From the human T2T-CHM13v2.0 reference genome, Homo sapiens, in assembly GCF_009914755.1 (NCBI RefSeq), contig NC_060929.1: a DNA stretch of 64,000 bases. The stretch is one strand, 5' to 3'. Shown here piece by piece: positions 12,856 to 29,048 of this stretch. The notes below the pieces were generated by a model. That model searched no databases, had not been told where the DNA came from, and saw nothing but the letters and a program-made list of their open reading frames with translations. Within the stretch, counting starts at the first letter, position 1; every line of letters begins with the position of its first letter. The translations under genes and the position numbers were made by a program.

Positions 12856-15637
12856 AAAACTTATCATGTTTCTTTAAAAGAAAATAATTCTATAACATCA
12901 TGATGGTAGGGACAGAAGAAAACAAAGTGAAAAGCAAACATTTTGCTAACACAAGTATATAAGTATCATACAGTATCCTTATATAAATGTTAAATTGTTT
13001 ATCTCCCATTTAATTCATTTTTTTCTAATCTAACTCCACAATATTAAAATTCCAGATGTTTCGAGGTGAAGGTGGAGGTTAGGGGGAGGGAAAAAGAAGA
13101 AAACTAATTTTGTACTAAACATGTCATGAAAGATACAAAAGTTGTTTTTTTGGAAAAAAATACTCTCTCTCTGTTCTCTCTTTCATAAAGATAAAAGTGC
13201 TTCTCCTTGACATGGAGACAACATTAGGCATTTTATATTTCTGAAGCCCATCACATGCCTTTCATCCCCAAGCTCATGAATAACTTATGTTCTGGGTTGG
13301 GAGGAGTTCTCTTGACTTCCTGTGGAGCAAAGTTTGCAGTTGCACAACCAACTTTCCCAGAAATCACCTGTATGTCTGCACTGCACTCAGGTGATGAATA
13401 TCCCCTTCAGAAGACAACTGAGTGTTTGTTACCTGCTGGTCTCAGTTACCATAACAAGTCTTCCCCCTAACAATGCCGTGAGGACAGAGCTGGAACATGA
13501 ATCATGACATAAGGGAAAAAAAACTTCTTTTCATTTTTTCATTTAGGATGTGAAAAGACTGGCAACAAACACATTTTATGGTCTTTTAAGTAGGAAGAAA
13601 AAGATGATAGATGCAGAAATTTCAAGGAGAGAAATGACTGTATAAAGCCAATTTCGCCTGAAGTAGGTGATAACCAAAAAACTGCATCCATGTGATGTTC
13701 ATGACGGCAAATAATGCTGACAGACAGATAATTTTTACTTAGCTAGGTATTTTATTGCCATGACAGTAATTTGTAACATTTTTTTGTCTTTCAGCACCAA
13801 CACACTAAAAAAATGAGACACAGTGCCATTCTGACAAATGGCAAAGGTGCTGACAGCACCAATTTCCAGAAAGGCTTGGGGAAAATATTTCAGGAATGCT
13901 AAAAGACAATGCAGAGAGGCTATCCACAGCTCCCACAACTCCCTCCCCAACTCATTCCTAATCAGGAGTTACTTTTGTTAGGAAAAGAGCACATATATCC
14001 CAAAATATCACAGTTTATATTCTTTTGCATAAAGTCCTACTTTCTCTTGGCAGAAAGAATAAATGCAAAATGAACAGTTTCTTAAACATGAAGGCCATAA
14101 ACCCCCCACAAAAAATTGTGCATATATATTTTTCTATACTCAAGATTCAAAACTTTTCAGAAGGTCCACAAGAAGTCTGCGACACCCCTTATGCCCTCTC
14201 ACCCTCCACCAAAAACCAAAACCAAACCAAACCAAAACAAAAACAAAAATACCTGCTTTCATGGTAATAATATAGAGTTCAGAGTCATAAACACTCTTGA
14301 GTTTCAGTGTACTAGTTATCAAAGATGAAAACTTCCATTTATATTATTCTCTTTGAGAGTCTTTTTTTTTCACCTGTGAAAATGGAATAATACAAACTTT
14401 ACAAAACTGTTGTAATAGTGCAAATAACCTGTAACAAAACATCCAGTAGAGTTTTTGGACTTACAAGACCCTGAGTATATATCAAATCTCTGATAAAAGC
14501 AGCTCAGCTATCTTAATTAAAAGAGGAAAGGGATGTGGCATTTTCCCCTCATCAGGACAACTGAGTGCAATATTCAGAAGCAATGTTCTTATTTATGGTC
14601 CCCATAGATCATCCAGCCTTCCCCATCCTTCTCTCATTTTGACTGCCCCAGTACCCCTGTCATATTATCTAGTTGCCTTCTCATTTGACATGTTCGCTGC
14701 GTGACACTCTTATGCTCCCCCAAAAGTTAAAATCCAAATAAAAGTGGCCTGAATGTTTGGTCATTCAAATCACTCTGCTGAGTTTAAGTCCCTCTGGCTT
14801 CATTTCTTTCCAAACAGTGTTTTTTTTTTTTTTCTTTCTTTCTTTTTCCCCAAATTGTTACAAGCTTAATTCTACTCCCCACAGAACAACAAAGGATTAG
14901 CATTGAACTCAGTTAACTTTGGTTTTGTTTACACAAATGGGAAAATTTGGAAATGGAGAAGGACACTGGGGAACTTACGGTGTAGGGAAGGCATCATGCT
15001 GGAAAGCTTAGAGTTTGAAGTAGCTTTAAAGCCCAGCTAGCCAGTGGCCCCATAAATTACGCCTTCCAACCCACTGAGCAAATTGAAAAACCAAAACAGA
15101 TCAGGTAAGAATGTGAAATGTGGCCAGGGAGAGAAATCTAGCTACGGTAGCAAATGGAAGTGCTGCCCAGGAATTGTCATGGTACAGTGGTGTTAATTTC
15201 AGAAAAGCAATACAATTAAGTTGCCAGGCTAAATAATAGCCACACGCAGATGAGTACAGATTACCAAGCGTAGGAGAGAAGACAAAATCCAAGCAGGAAC
15301 TGGCTGTTAAATGGCGTGTTTCCAGACCATGTAGACAGAGAAAACTTTAAGATTTTACAGTCCAAATGTCCAGATACAGAGTCTTAGACCATCCCGTAAG
15401 GAGTGTACTCGCTGTCAGAAACCTTTTAACTGTGAGATGTCTCTGATGCCCCTCGCTCCATAGGGAAACATAAGGCACTGATGATTTTCACGATGTTCTT
15501 CCACTAGTTAGTTCTCTTTAGCATATATCGAATCAGTTTATGGTGGTGATTATGCTCTTGTCTCTTCCTAAATCATATTTTGAATCCATATTTTTACTGT
15601 ATCTCAATGAGAGATGTTTTTAAAAGATGTATTAATT

Positions 15638-16007
<370 letters not shown>

Positions 16008-16322
16008 CTAGACTTCTCTGCAGCCTCACAATAAACAGAAGTTGTTTTTATAATTAGCGAAATAAACTTGAAAATTAGCTTATACATATAAGTGTATATT
16101 TAATTATACTTAGGTTTCAAAATGTCAACAAAACATTTAGTATACAAAATATTAATAGTAGCTATTTCTGGGTGGCAAGGCAACTGCCAACTGGTGGTTT
16201 CTTCTTCCTTTATGTGTTTTCCAAAAATTTCACTTTTATAATGGTTAAAAAAAAGGCAACTTTTATGTTGTTAACTGTTATTGGGAGAGCCCTTATTAAG
16301 GCATTGCAACTCACTGTGTTTA

Positions 16323-16738
<416 letters not shown>

Positions 16739-17057
16739 TTAATAATTGTTACAGAAAGAAGATGTTTCAGTGGTCAAGTAAGTTAGGAAACAGAGTTACC
16801 AAAGTTAAACACATGAGGATTTTTAAGAATCTCTACTAATGTGCACTATGCATTACATGCAGACAATAGGATATGCTTTATATCTGAACCTTACTAGATT
16901 ATGAAACTCATTTTTGCTCTAAACATTTAAAGAAATACACCTTGGAGAAGATTGATATTCAAGCTTAAGCAAACATATCAAAATCTGAAGATATATATAT
17001 ATAAACAGTCATATATATCTGGATTTATATATAAACATATATAACATATATTCATAG

Positions 17058-17530
17058 AATACATTGTTTTAACTGTAGTCACTATGTTATACAATAGATC
17101 TGTTGAAATTATTCCTTGTATTTGACAGAAATCTTTTAACAAATGAACTAATCAATTTTAAATTTATACATCTATATGTTATACATATGAAAAAAATTAA
17201 TTTTAAAAGATACACTAAGTGAATTTTTAATTATTCATATATTCATATTCATATATATGTTATATATTTACATGTAAATTTGTATGAAGGTGAGTAAGAA
17301 AACATGACCTCAAGAAGATCACAGTTTAATGGTGAAGACTGCTAGCTAAACAGACAAGTACAATGCTTGGATAGAAAGCAATAATGGAGCTATGTTCAAA
17401 GTTCTCTGGGAGCACTATCATGTAGGAGAGAAACCAAGAGTTTTATAAATTGGATGTTATTAAACTACACTAAGAAACAGGGCACTTTAAAGAATTGAAA
17501 ATTTACCTAGTGAATCTTTTAGAATTTATT
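17058..17530 (-). repeat. Patchwork of templated copies of 19113-20098 (two inverted, one direct)
   Basis: 17058-17170 = revcomp 19113-19335 minus the Alu; 17195-17230 = direct 19848-19883; 17283-17530 = revcomp 19848-20098. Confidence 0.9.
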
Positions 17531-17537
17531 TTAATGG

Positions 17538-19117
17538 ATATAACATATATATTCATGTTATATGTTATATATTTATATATAACATATATATTCATGTTAT
17601 GTTATATATTTATATATACATATCTTCATGTTATATGTTATATATTTATATATACATATCTTCATGTTATATGTTATATATTTCTATATACATATCTTCA
17701 TGTTATATGTTATATATTTCTATATACATATCTTCATGTTATATGTTATATATTTCTATATACATATCTTCATGTTATATGTTATATATTTCTATATACA
17801 TATCTTCATGTTATATGTTATATATTTCTATATACATATCTTCATGTTATATGTTATATATTTCTATATACATATCTTCATGTTATGTTATATATTTCTA
17901 TATACATATCTTCATGTTATATGTTATATATTTCTATATACATATCTTCATGTTATATGTTATATATTTCTATATACATATCTTCATGTTATATGTTATA
18001 TATTTCTATATACATATCTTCATGTTATATGTTATATATTTCTATATACATATCTTCATGTTATATGTTATATATTTCTATATACATATCTTCATGTTAT
18101 ATGTTATATATTTCTATATACATATCTTCATGTTATATGTTATATATTTATATATACATATCTTCATGTTATATGTTATATATTTATATATACATATCTT
18201 CATGTTATATGTTATATATTTATACATACATATCTTCATGTTATATGTTATATATTTATACATACATATCTTCATGTTATATGTTATATATTTATATATA
18301 CATATCTTCATGTTATATGTTATATATTTATATATACATATCTTCATGTTATATGTTATATATTTATACATACATATCTTCATGTTATATGTTATATATT
18401 TATACATACATATCTTCATGTTATATGTTATATATTTATACATACATATCTTCATGTTATATGTTATATATTTATATATACATATCATGTTATATGTTAT
18501 ATATTTATATATACATATCTTCATGTTATATGTTATATATTTATATATACATATCTTCATGTTATATGTTATATATTTATATATACATATCTTCATGTTA
18601 TATATTTATATATACATATCTTCATGTTATATGTTATATATTTATATATACATATCTGCATGTTATATGTTATATATTTATATATACATATCTGCATGTT
18701 ATATGTTATATATTTATATATACATATCTTCATGTTATATGTTATATATTTATACATACATATCTTCATGTTATATGTTATATATTTATATATACATATC
18801 TTCATGTTATATGTTATATATTTATATATACATATCTTCATGTTATATGTTATATATTTATATATACATATCTTCATGTTATATGTTATATATTTATATA
18901 TACATATCTTCATGTTATATGTTATATATTTATATATACATATCTTCATGTTATATGTTATATATTTATATATACATATCTTCATGTTATATGTTATATA
19001 TTTATATATACATATCTTCATGTTATATGTTATATATTTATATATACATATCTTCATGTTATATGTTATATATTTATATATACATATCTTCATGTTATAT
19101 GTTATATATTTATATAT
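17538..19117. repeat. AT-rich VNTR, 36-bp unit, about 43-44 copies
   Basis: Unit 'tatatacatatcttcatgttatatgttatatattt(a/c)'; 12-aa periodicity in the ORF track. Confidence 0.97.
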
Positions 19118-19145
19118 AAATTTAAAATTCATTAGCCATTCATTA

Positions 19146-19525
19146 AAAGATTTCAGTTAAATGCAGGGAATAAGGCCGGGCGCAATGGCTCAGGCCTGTA
19201 ATCCCAGCACTTTGGGAGGCTGAGGCAAGAGAATTGCCCAGCTCCAAAAAAAAAAAAAAAAAAAAAAAAAAAACAAGGAATAAGTTTAACAGATCTATTG
19301 TATAACATGGTGACTATAGTAAATAACAATGTATTATAGTCTTGAAAATCACTTCCAGAGTAGATATTAAGCGTTCTCACCACACACACACACAAATTAT
19401 TAGTATCTGAGGTATTCTTACATTAATTAACTCAATGTAGCCATTCCACGATGTATACATATTTCAAAACATCATGAGGTACACTAGAAACATATAAACT
19501 TTTATCAATTAAAATAAATAAAAAT
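19146..19525 (+). mobile_element. L1MA (L1MA6-9-like) 3' end, interrupted by the short Alu
   Basis: 'agatctattgtataacatggtgactatagt...gccattccacgatgtatacatatttcaaaacatcatg'. Confidence 0.8.
19174..19273 (+). mobile_element. Internally deleted Alu (~72 bp) with A28 tail
   Basis: Alu 5' end joins right-arm 'gaggctgaggcaagagaattg', then 'cccagctcc' and poly(A); TSD cagggaataa / caaggaataa. Confidence 0.88.
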
Positions 19526-19527
19526 TA

Positions 19528-19922
<395 letters not shown>

Positions 19923-19949
19923 TCAGTTTATAAAACTCCTGGTTTCTCT

Positions 19950-20140
19950 CCTACATGGTAGTGCTCCCAGAGGACGTAGAACATAGCTCCATTATTGCTT
20001 TCACATTGATGCATTGCACTTATCTGTTTAACTGGTAGTCTTCACCATTAATCTGTGATCTTCTTGAGGTCAGGGATGTTTTCTTACTCATCTTCATATT
20101 ACTAACACGTTAGAGGTGCTCAATATTTATTGAATAGATT
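19950..20140. mobile_element. L2 3' end fragment
   Basis: 'ctgtgatcttcttgaggtcagggatgttttcttactcatct...ggtgctcaatatttattgaat'. Confidence 0.6.
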
Positions 20141-21204
20141 AGCCATTGCCTAACTTGAGGTAAATGAGATTGTGTAGGAATAAGAAAGGAAGGCTAGCGT
20201 ACAGCCAGCATGCTTTGGAAAGAATAATTTTTTTAAAAAGTAAGAGAAATAACAGAGACCTTAGGGCTTACAAAGAAGAACTCATGGTTGAATCAAATTA
20301 GCCCCATAAAAGTCCTAGAGGAAAATGAAACTGACAGGGCAGGTCCTCCAAATTAGGTGTAAAACTTCTCTTGAACCAAGCTTGTGATAAAATATAATGA
20401 AAATATTTGAAGCAGACAGACAGTTGTGTGTTCAAAAGATGTATATTTTACGATGTGGTAAAAAAGTCCATTAAACTGAGAAGAGTTGAAGGCACAGGAG
20501 TCAAAGGAACTTAAGTTTAAAGATTGAAATGAAAAATGTGGCCCTGGGGGACATGAATGCTATTGAGGGCAGCATGAGGATTGTTTTCTGAATCCCTAAT
20601 CGCTTTTTTTTTTTTTTTTGGCTTATGCTTTGCAAATTCTTAGGGGAAAAAATGCATTGGAAATTTGTTGTGATGCAACTGAAATACATGATTTCAAATG
20701 GATGTGCTACCATGACTAATTTCAATGGCTCTGTTTTGGGTATGAAAACAATACAGATGTAAGTTGGAAGTGGAGCCGGGGATCAATGAACCTTCTAGCT
20801 GTTTTTAAATCTCCTCTATTTTGTCATTGCATGGCCTTTACACTTGACTGAATGAACATCTCTTCAAGCTACTCTCATTATGCCCTTAGACAACATTCTG
20901 CCTATGGCATGGCTGAAGTGAACCTTAAACTGACTCTGATAAACAGAACACATTATCCCAAGTGAACAAATGCTTTCTCCATGCTCTGTGTCTCACTTTG
21001 CACTGTGCTTTAAATGTCTTAGTATCCCAAATATCACAGGATGGAAATACAAACATCACCCTCATTTGACAAATACAATACCTCATAGTCTGTGTAATTT
21101 GTTGCAGACTAAAAAACCTCAGACAACCAGACACCGAAATTGTCAAATATTCATGTGATAAAAATTACAAAAGCTATTATTTATCAAAAACTTTATTTGC
21201 ATGA

Positions 21205-21306
21205 TTTCTAAATCCTTTCCAAAGGCCCCATCTCTTAATATTATCACACTGGGGGATAGAGTTTCAATATGTGAATTTGGGGGGACACAAACATTTAGGT
21301 CATAAG
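21205..21306 (-). mobile_element. MST/MLT1A LTR terminal fragment
   Basis: 'ccaaaggccccatctcttaatattatcacactggggg...gaatttggggggacacaaacatt'. Confidence 0.7.
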
Positions 21307-21334
21307 AAAAGCTTAACTTCCATAAGTGACAATG

Positions 21335-21532
21335 AACAATTACACATGGCCTCATCATATGGACCAATCTCCACCCTAATGTCTTCATTGTTTTTCCACT
21401 AACTCACCCCAGTGCTTAAAACACCTCCTGCCTTTTGTTTCAGTGGAGTTGAGTTCAGTCTCTCTTCTATTGCAATAGTCTTGATTAAAGTCTTCCTTGC
21501 CTGTTTACTTTTAGTGCAATTTTTCTTCGACA
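21335..21532 (+). mobile_element. ERV1 LTR 3' part (MER31/MER67-like)
   Basis: 'ggagttgagttcagtctctcttctattgcaatagtcttgattaaagtcttccttgcctgttt...cttcgaca'. Confidence 0.6.
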
Positions 21533-22522
21533 GATAGTAATAAAATTCAGGTTTCAAAAAAAGGAGTATTTTAATATTTCATCACAACCTTATACTTTTA
21601 GCTCACTGCATCTGAAGACTGACAAGCAATTATTAGAAGATGATGTCTCACAAAAATATTGCATTTTCTTGTTTCTTTTTATGCTTTTCCTCTCTTGAAA
21701 TAAACTTGATCTTGGCATCCAGGCTTCTTCATAGACCTGGCGCCTCTCTCTGTTCCCAGCCTCTTTTCTGGCCACCCAGGAAATACACGCTATAAACGTG
21801 CCATGATCTTTCTTACCTTTGAGCTTCATATATGCTGCTCCTTTAGTTTAAAATGCCCTTTGCCCTGCCCTCTTCAACCCTACCAATTTTCCATTTTACT
21901 CTAAGTTCTTTTTCAGTTTGCAAGACATCTCTATCTCTGGGAAGTACCACTTGTCCACCACTGCCCAGAATGCTGCTACATGTGCCTCTTGGTGCTTTCA
22001 GAGAACCCTGGGTTTTGTTTTTTGTTTTGTTTTGTTTTGTTTTTTCATGTAGTCAACAGCTAATGCCTTAGAGACAGGAACTGTATCTTATGCCCCTTTG
22101 TCTCTCCAGCACAGTGTCTGGAACAAAATAGACACAAAATCATGTTGGTTGAAGGAATGTTAAAATGGGAAGTAGATTTTTTTTTTTAACTTTCCTTAAA
22201 TGTGCCTCAAGCAAAATGAACTGTTTCATTTATTTCTAGTAGCTCTTCTGGGTAAATATATATACATATTTTCCTAGCAAATAGTAGGAAGTGATTTGGT
22301 GAAATGGCTAAGTGTGCAGGCTTCAGAATTGAGAAAATTTAGTATTAAACCCTGTGTTTGAATTCTAGCTGTACACTTGAAATTAGTGTGATGCTGACAA
22401 GCTACTTAATCATCATTCTCTTTCATTTTTTCAGTAGAATAGGGATTGACTCCTGCCACATCTCTGTCTTCAAATAAGCTACTTTCTCTGTGTGTTTGTG
22501 TCTCTTTTTCTAAGGACACCAG

Positions 22523-24345
<1,823 letters not shown>

Positions 24346-24562
24346 CCAGTCATTGGATTTAAGCTCATTTTTTAACTAATTATATGTTCAAAGACCTGAT
24401 TTTCAAATAAGTGACATTCTGAGGATTCAGGTGGACATGAAATTTCATAGGGATGTTATTGAACCCACAACCCATCACATTCACAGGTACTAGGGATTAG
24501 ATTTGGTCATATTTTTTTGAGAGACACAATTTCTGGAGGAAGGCACAATTCAACCCAATACA
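24346..24562 (-). mobile_element. MLT1 LTR fragments
   Basis: 'aaagacctgattttcaaataagtgacattctgagg' and 'cacaattcaacccaataca' MLT1 termini. Confidence 0.6.
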
Positions 24563-27500
24563 AAGGCAGAAGGTATTCTAAGTTCTAGGCACAAAGTCTA
24601 GTACAGAGTGAGCAGTGAATTAGTAGTGACTGCTCTTACTATTAAATATTCTATTGTTATTAATTGATCATTATTTTGGACATTTGGTGGTGAGTGGGGG
24701 AGATACGAAAATGGGATCCAGACTCTAACATAGAAAGTAGCTGAACCTATTAAAGTGAATGTGCTCTTTCTAAAGGCACTGTAATGGGCCTCTCCTTTGT
24801 GGGACCCCAAACAGTGGCACATACTTTTTCCCAACTTCTGCTTTCTGTTGCCTGTTACAAGATAACCTATGAGTCTTGCCAAGAAAATAATGAAAAATTC
24901 CAGACTATTAGGCCTTAGCAGAGCTTAATCAAAGACTCAATGATCTATACTGGCTCTGGAGGCCTCTTCAAAGCTGAAATCCAACATGTAATGACCGTGG
25001 CATGAACCATAACCAGAAAAGAGCAGCATCTGTGAATGCAGGATGACGTACCTCTTTTCTCGTTAGTTACCCACTGCTCTGCAGAGGTGCCTGTGACTCA
25101 GGGGTGAATTCTAACAACACATCCTGATATGTGTATTAGAGTTTATGTGTCTTAAATGCCCTTTTACAGGATAACTAATATAAAAATTCCTGTTGCTTCT
25201 ATCAAAAATATAGAGGAGTTCATATTTTTGCCTTCTCATCTTTTGAGCAAATGACCTGGCCCCTTGTATTTTCTAGCCTTCTTGCATTAGGCCAGTTTTT
25301 ACAGTGGAATGCAAAGCAAAAGCCATTTGAGGTCAATAGGTCTTCCTTATTTGTCAAGGGCCTCAGGACATTTAAAAATATATATGTTTGGTGTTTTAGA
25401 GAAGGAAGGATGACAGGAGAATACCACAATCACTGAGAAGTGGCAGGTACTTGGGGATAGGATGTTAATATACGAACCAAGAAAGGCTGGAACCTAGGCA
25501 TAGCGGTCTGGGTGTTGGCAAGTGTTTCAATTTCCCTAGTGAGGATGGAAACAAGGAACATATGGGTAAATACAACAGACACCTCTCACTATTAACCAGA
25601 GTGGACACAGACTAGGTTGTCTGAGGAGTCTCTCTGCTGCTTTGGTGCTGACAAATATCTTGGTACCATGATAGGGAGGGGAGATCCCAAAAATGATAGA
25701 GAATTACTTTTCTGCCAGCCAACTGGGATGAGCATACAGATTGAGTTTGAGATTGAGATTGAACTAGATGCACTTTAAATAAAACTGATTATTTTTTAGC
25801 TCTCGGTTTATGAACAAAGATTCATCACAGTTACACACTTACTTGTTTTTTGTACTAGCCTTTGGAAGTATGTCTTTGGGTATTATTTTCCTCCTTCAAC
25901 TAATGTAGAAATGAGATCAGAGATAACTCAACTAAGGCCACACAGTTGATAAGGGGCAAAACAGTGCCTAGAAATTCTGACTCCTAGCTCTTCTTCACTG
26001 CACTGTGGCATAAAGCACACCAATAGAAAAAGAAAACATTATATTCTTCAGTCAGGGCCGCATTGGTGGACATGTGGTAGCTATCATTCTGTATGCTACA
26101 CTCAATCAGTGCTATTAGGCAGACTGAAATATCTGTTATTGCTAGGAAAATGTGAGGATACTTTGCTATTGACAAAGAGTGATGGCTCTAATGCTGTAAC
26201 ACCATTCCCTTTGTGAGGTACTGGAGGCATCTAAGGAATAATTGGTATTATTGTTGCAGCCATCATCCTGTATGTGTTGCTCACCTTCAAGACAAGGACC
26301 ATGTTGAACCAGCTCATCCCTGCATCCCCAGAATCTAGGACAATGCCCGCTTCATTATAAGTGTTTAGTAAACATTTCCTAAAAAGAATTTAAGGATTAC
26401 GAGCAAATTATTCCAACAGTTGAGAATAGAGGCCTAAGAAGAGGCTAGAAACTAGAAATATATACAGAAGCAACTTGACTTCACCTGAGAGTGGAAAAAT
26501 TCTTTTAAAGTAGCCAGTAGATCTGTTTCAAAGAAAGAGTGCCCAGTAATATTAACTGAATTGAGGACTGACATAGGTTCTAGGTCAGCTTTGTGAGTCA
26601 AAACACTCTTAGGCCATTAAGACTGGAAAGGTAGTTCTGAGTGACGTGGAAGGGGATACCTGAGAGGTCCTTGAAATATTTCTACTGAATATTTGAAATA
26701 TATTAATATATAAAATATATTAAATATATTACAAATATAAATTTATAATTTATATAAATATTAAATATATATAACTCTACTGAATATTCTATTGCTCATC
26801 TGGAATTTACTTCTTCTATAAACTGTCTCTCCACTTTGCTATAATCTTCATGGCCCCAATTCCTTCACCTCTTAAAACATCATTGAATATTAGAATTTCA
26901 TTAGACTTCAGATGCAATGGAAAGTGGTACATCCTAGTGCAGAAAAATAAATTAAAACAGAATATTAGACATCTCACATCCTTTTCTTTCCATTATTAAA
27001 AATCTTTTTACCACTGAGTAGTTTGCCTGCTTTCTCAACTACGATGTAAATATTCACTGTAGCTGGCTTTGTGTCAATCAGCCGCCTTTCATAAATATCC
27101 CAGCTAAGCCACTCAACTCTTAGAATCTTGACTCAGCACTTCACTTCTCCACTCACACTATCCTTTGCTCCTCCATCAGTTCCACTGTGGCTCCCAAATG
27201 GGTTCCTGACATCCAACCTTGAAATTCTGCTACCAATTCTACTACCTCAAATGATAGTAACAAAAATAATAATAACGCTGATAATAAGTATTTTTTCCTG
27301 AATAATGTCATTAATTCCTCACAACAAATCTGTAATATAGGTATCATTCTACCAGTGAAGATATTGATTATCAAGTGACATAACCGGAGATGACAGGATT
27401 GGAATTGGAACCCAGGTCTGACATACTCTTAAGTCCATCTCAGTCCTAAATATATCTATACCAGTAGCCTTGGGCTTACTGAAAAAGTCTGTCCTCTAAA

Positions 27501-28237
27501 GAACAAACCACCCTGAGAATGGAATAAAACAATCCCCAGAAAAAGGTCAGGATGATGTTCTCTCTACCCGGCAGGCCACAAGTGGCCGTGCTGAAATGAA
27601 TAGTTGTATCCCCAAAATATGACTGCTTCAGTTCAATCTTGTTAGGGGAAAGTCAGTCCTAAGTTTTCCTACAGGATTTTATATACTTTTATTTGGACTT
27701 ATTGTCTTATTTGGTTAATTTTATCATTTTGTTTAGTAAATTTTGTTCAGTTGCCCAGAGGCCCTGAAACACACTGTGCCAAAAAATAAACATTATTAAA
27801 ATGACAGCTATTAATGTAAACATTGCCAAGGAATAATTTGTAAGGGTGAAAGAAAAGCCAAATGTTGACTAGGGTATGGTTGCCAAAGACACAACATCCT
27901 TACTACTTCCTTTAAGTCCCTCTTCTCTGTTCTTTAGGAGAGCAAAGTTAGGAGAGTCTTATAAGATAGTTCTGGGAAAGGATATTTCACATCAAGTGCT
28001 CACAAATGGCTAGAGGCACAAATGCAAATGCATAACTTATTGCAACTGTGGGAGCTTATCATTTCAGGTGTGAAATTATGAATTAATGCATCCCACAGTT
28101 ATGTCAACAGACATTTTAGCTATATTGTCAGGTGGAGAGTAGAAGGGCTCAATTGCCAACAAACCGTTTTTGAGATGTTCATTTAGGTAGAAACCTGGAT
28201 CACGACCCAGAACGTAGCTTTGGAAAATGAACATCTC

Positions 28238-28324
28238 TTTTTACATGTCCTTCCTCATCTCTACTGATAAAGATTTGATTTATTGATATCTTTATTGATA
28301 AAGATGAGGAAGGACACATAAAAA
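28238..28324. repeat. Inverted repeat / hairpin, 37-bp arms, 13-nt loop
   Basis: 'tttttacatgtccttcctcatctctactgataaagat' pairs with 'atctttattgataaagatgaggaaggacacataaaaa' at 31/37 positions. Confidence 0.9.
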
Positions 28325-28904
28325 ACAAAGGGTTTAGACCTTTGATGGTTGTGAAAACAAAACAAAACAAAACAAATATGAAGTAGCTTCACAGAAGCAT
28401 GAAAGAGGATTGTACAGGAGGCATGTAGGATCTTTCATAGTTCCATTCCTTCCCTAGAAGCAGAACTTGAGGGAGGACAAAAAAAATAAGAGGAACTTCC
28501 TATTGGTATCTACACTCGGCCTTGTTTCTTTCTCTTTTTTATGATGATTGAAGGGTGTACGGTTAGAGCGAGGAAGAAGAGGGGACATATGAGAAAGGAA
28601 GCAAGAAAATGATTTTGGAAACGTTTAGACATCCTTAAAATCTAGAGGAAAAATTAGAGGCTCAAGAAAGAACATAAGATGTTCTATCATTGCCACTTTA
28701 AACACTACCTAGAGAGTCTTCCTCAAATATTAAGAGATGTTTCCCATCTTGGACCTGATCTTGTCACTTCCTAAAAATACTCAGAAGCTGAAGGAAAAAT
28801 TAACTTTGGCTTAATATCAAAATCCCTGTGGGGTTTAGCAAACCTGTGGATGCCCAAAACCATAGCAAAGGTCTGCCATGAACTTGGCAAGTGACATTGA
28901 CACC

Positions 28905-29048
28905 TCGTGTGGACACCGATCACACGAGGATCTTGTTGAAAAGGCAGATTATGCTTCAGTTTGTGGTAGAACCTGAGATTCTGCATTTGTAGCAGGCTCA
29001 TAGATGATGTTAATGTTGCTGCCCCCTGGACCACAGTTTGGGCGGCAA
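28905..29048 (-). mobile_element. MER5A/MER5A1
   Basis: 'cctgagattctgcatttgtagcaggctc...gctgccccctggaccacagtttg'. Confidence 0.7.

Noticed and set aside
17538-19117. 36-bp periodicity resembling a CRISPR array
   Set aside because: Units are head-to-tail with no unique spacers, there are no cas genes, and the context is primate genomic DNA.
17495-19160. 506-546 aa ORFs as protein-coding genes
   Set aside because: Entirely produced by a stop-free tandem repeat open in all three frames, with indels that swap frames and no gene structure.
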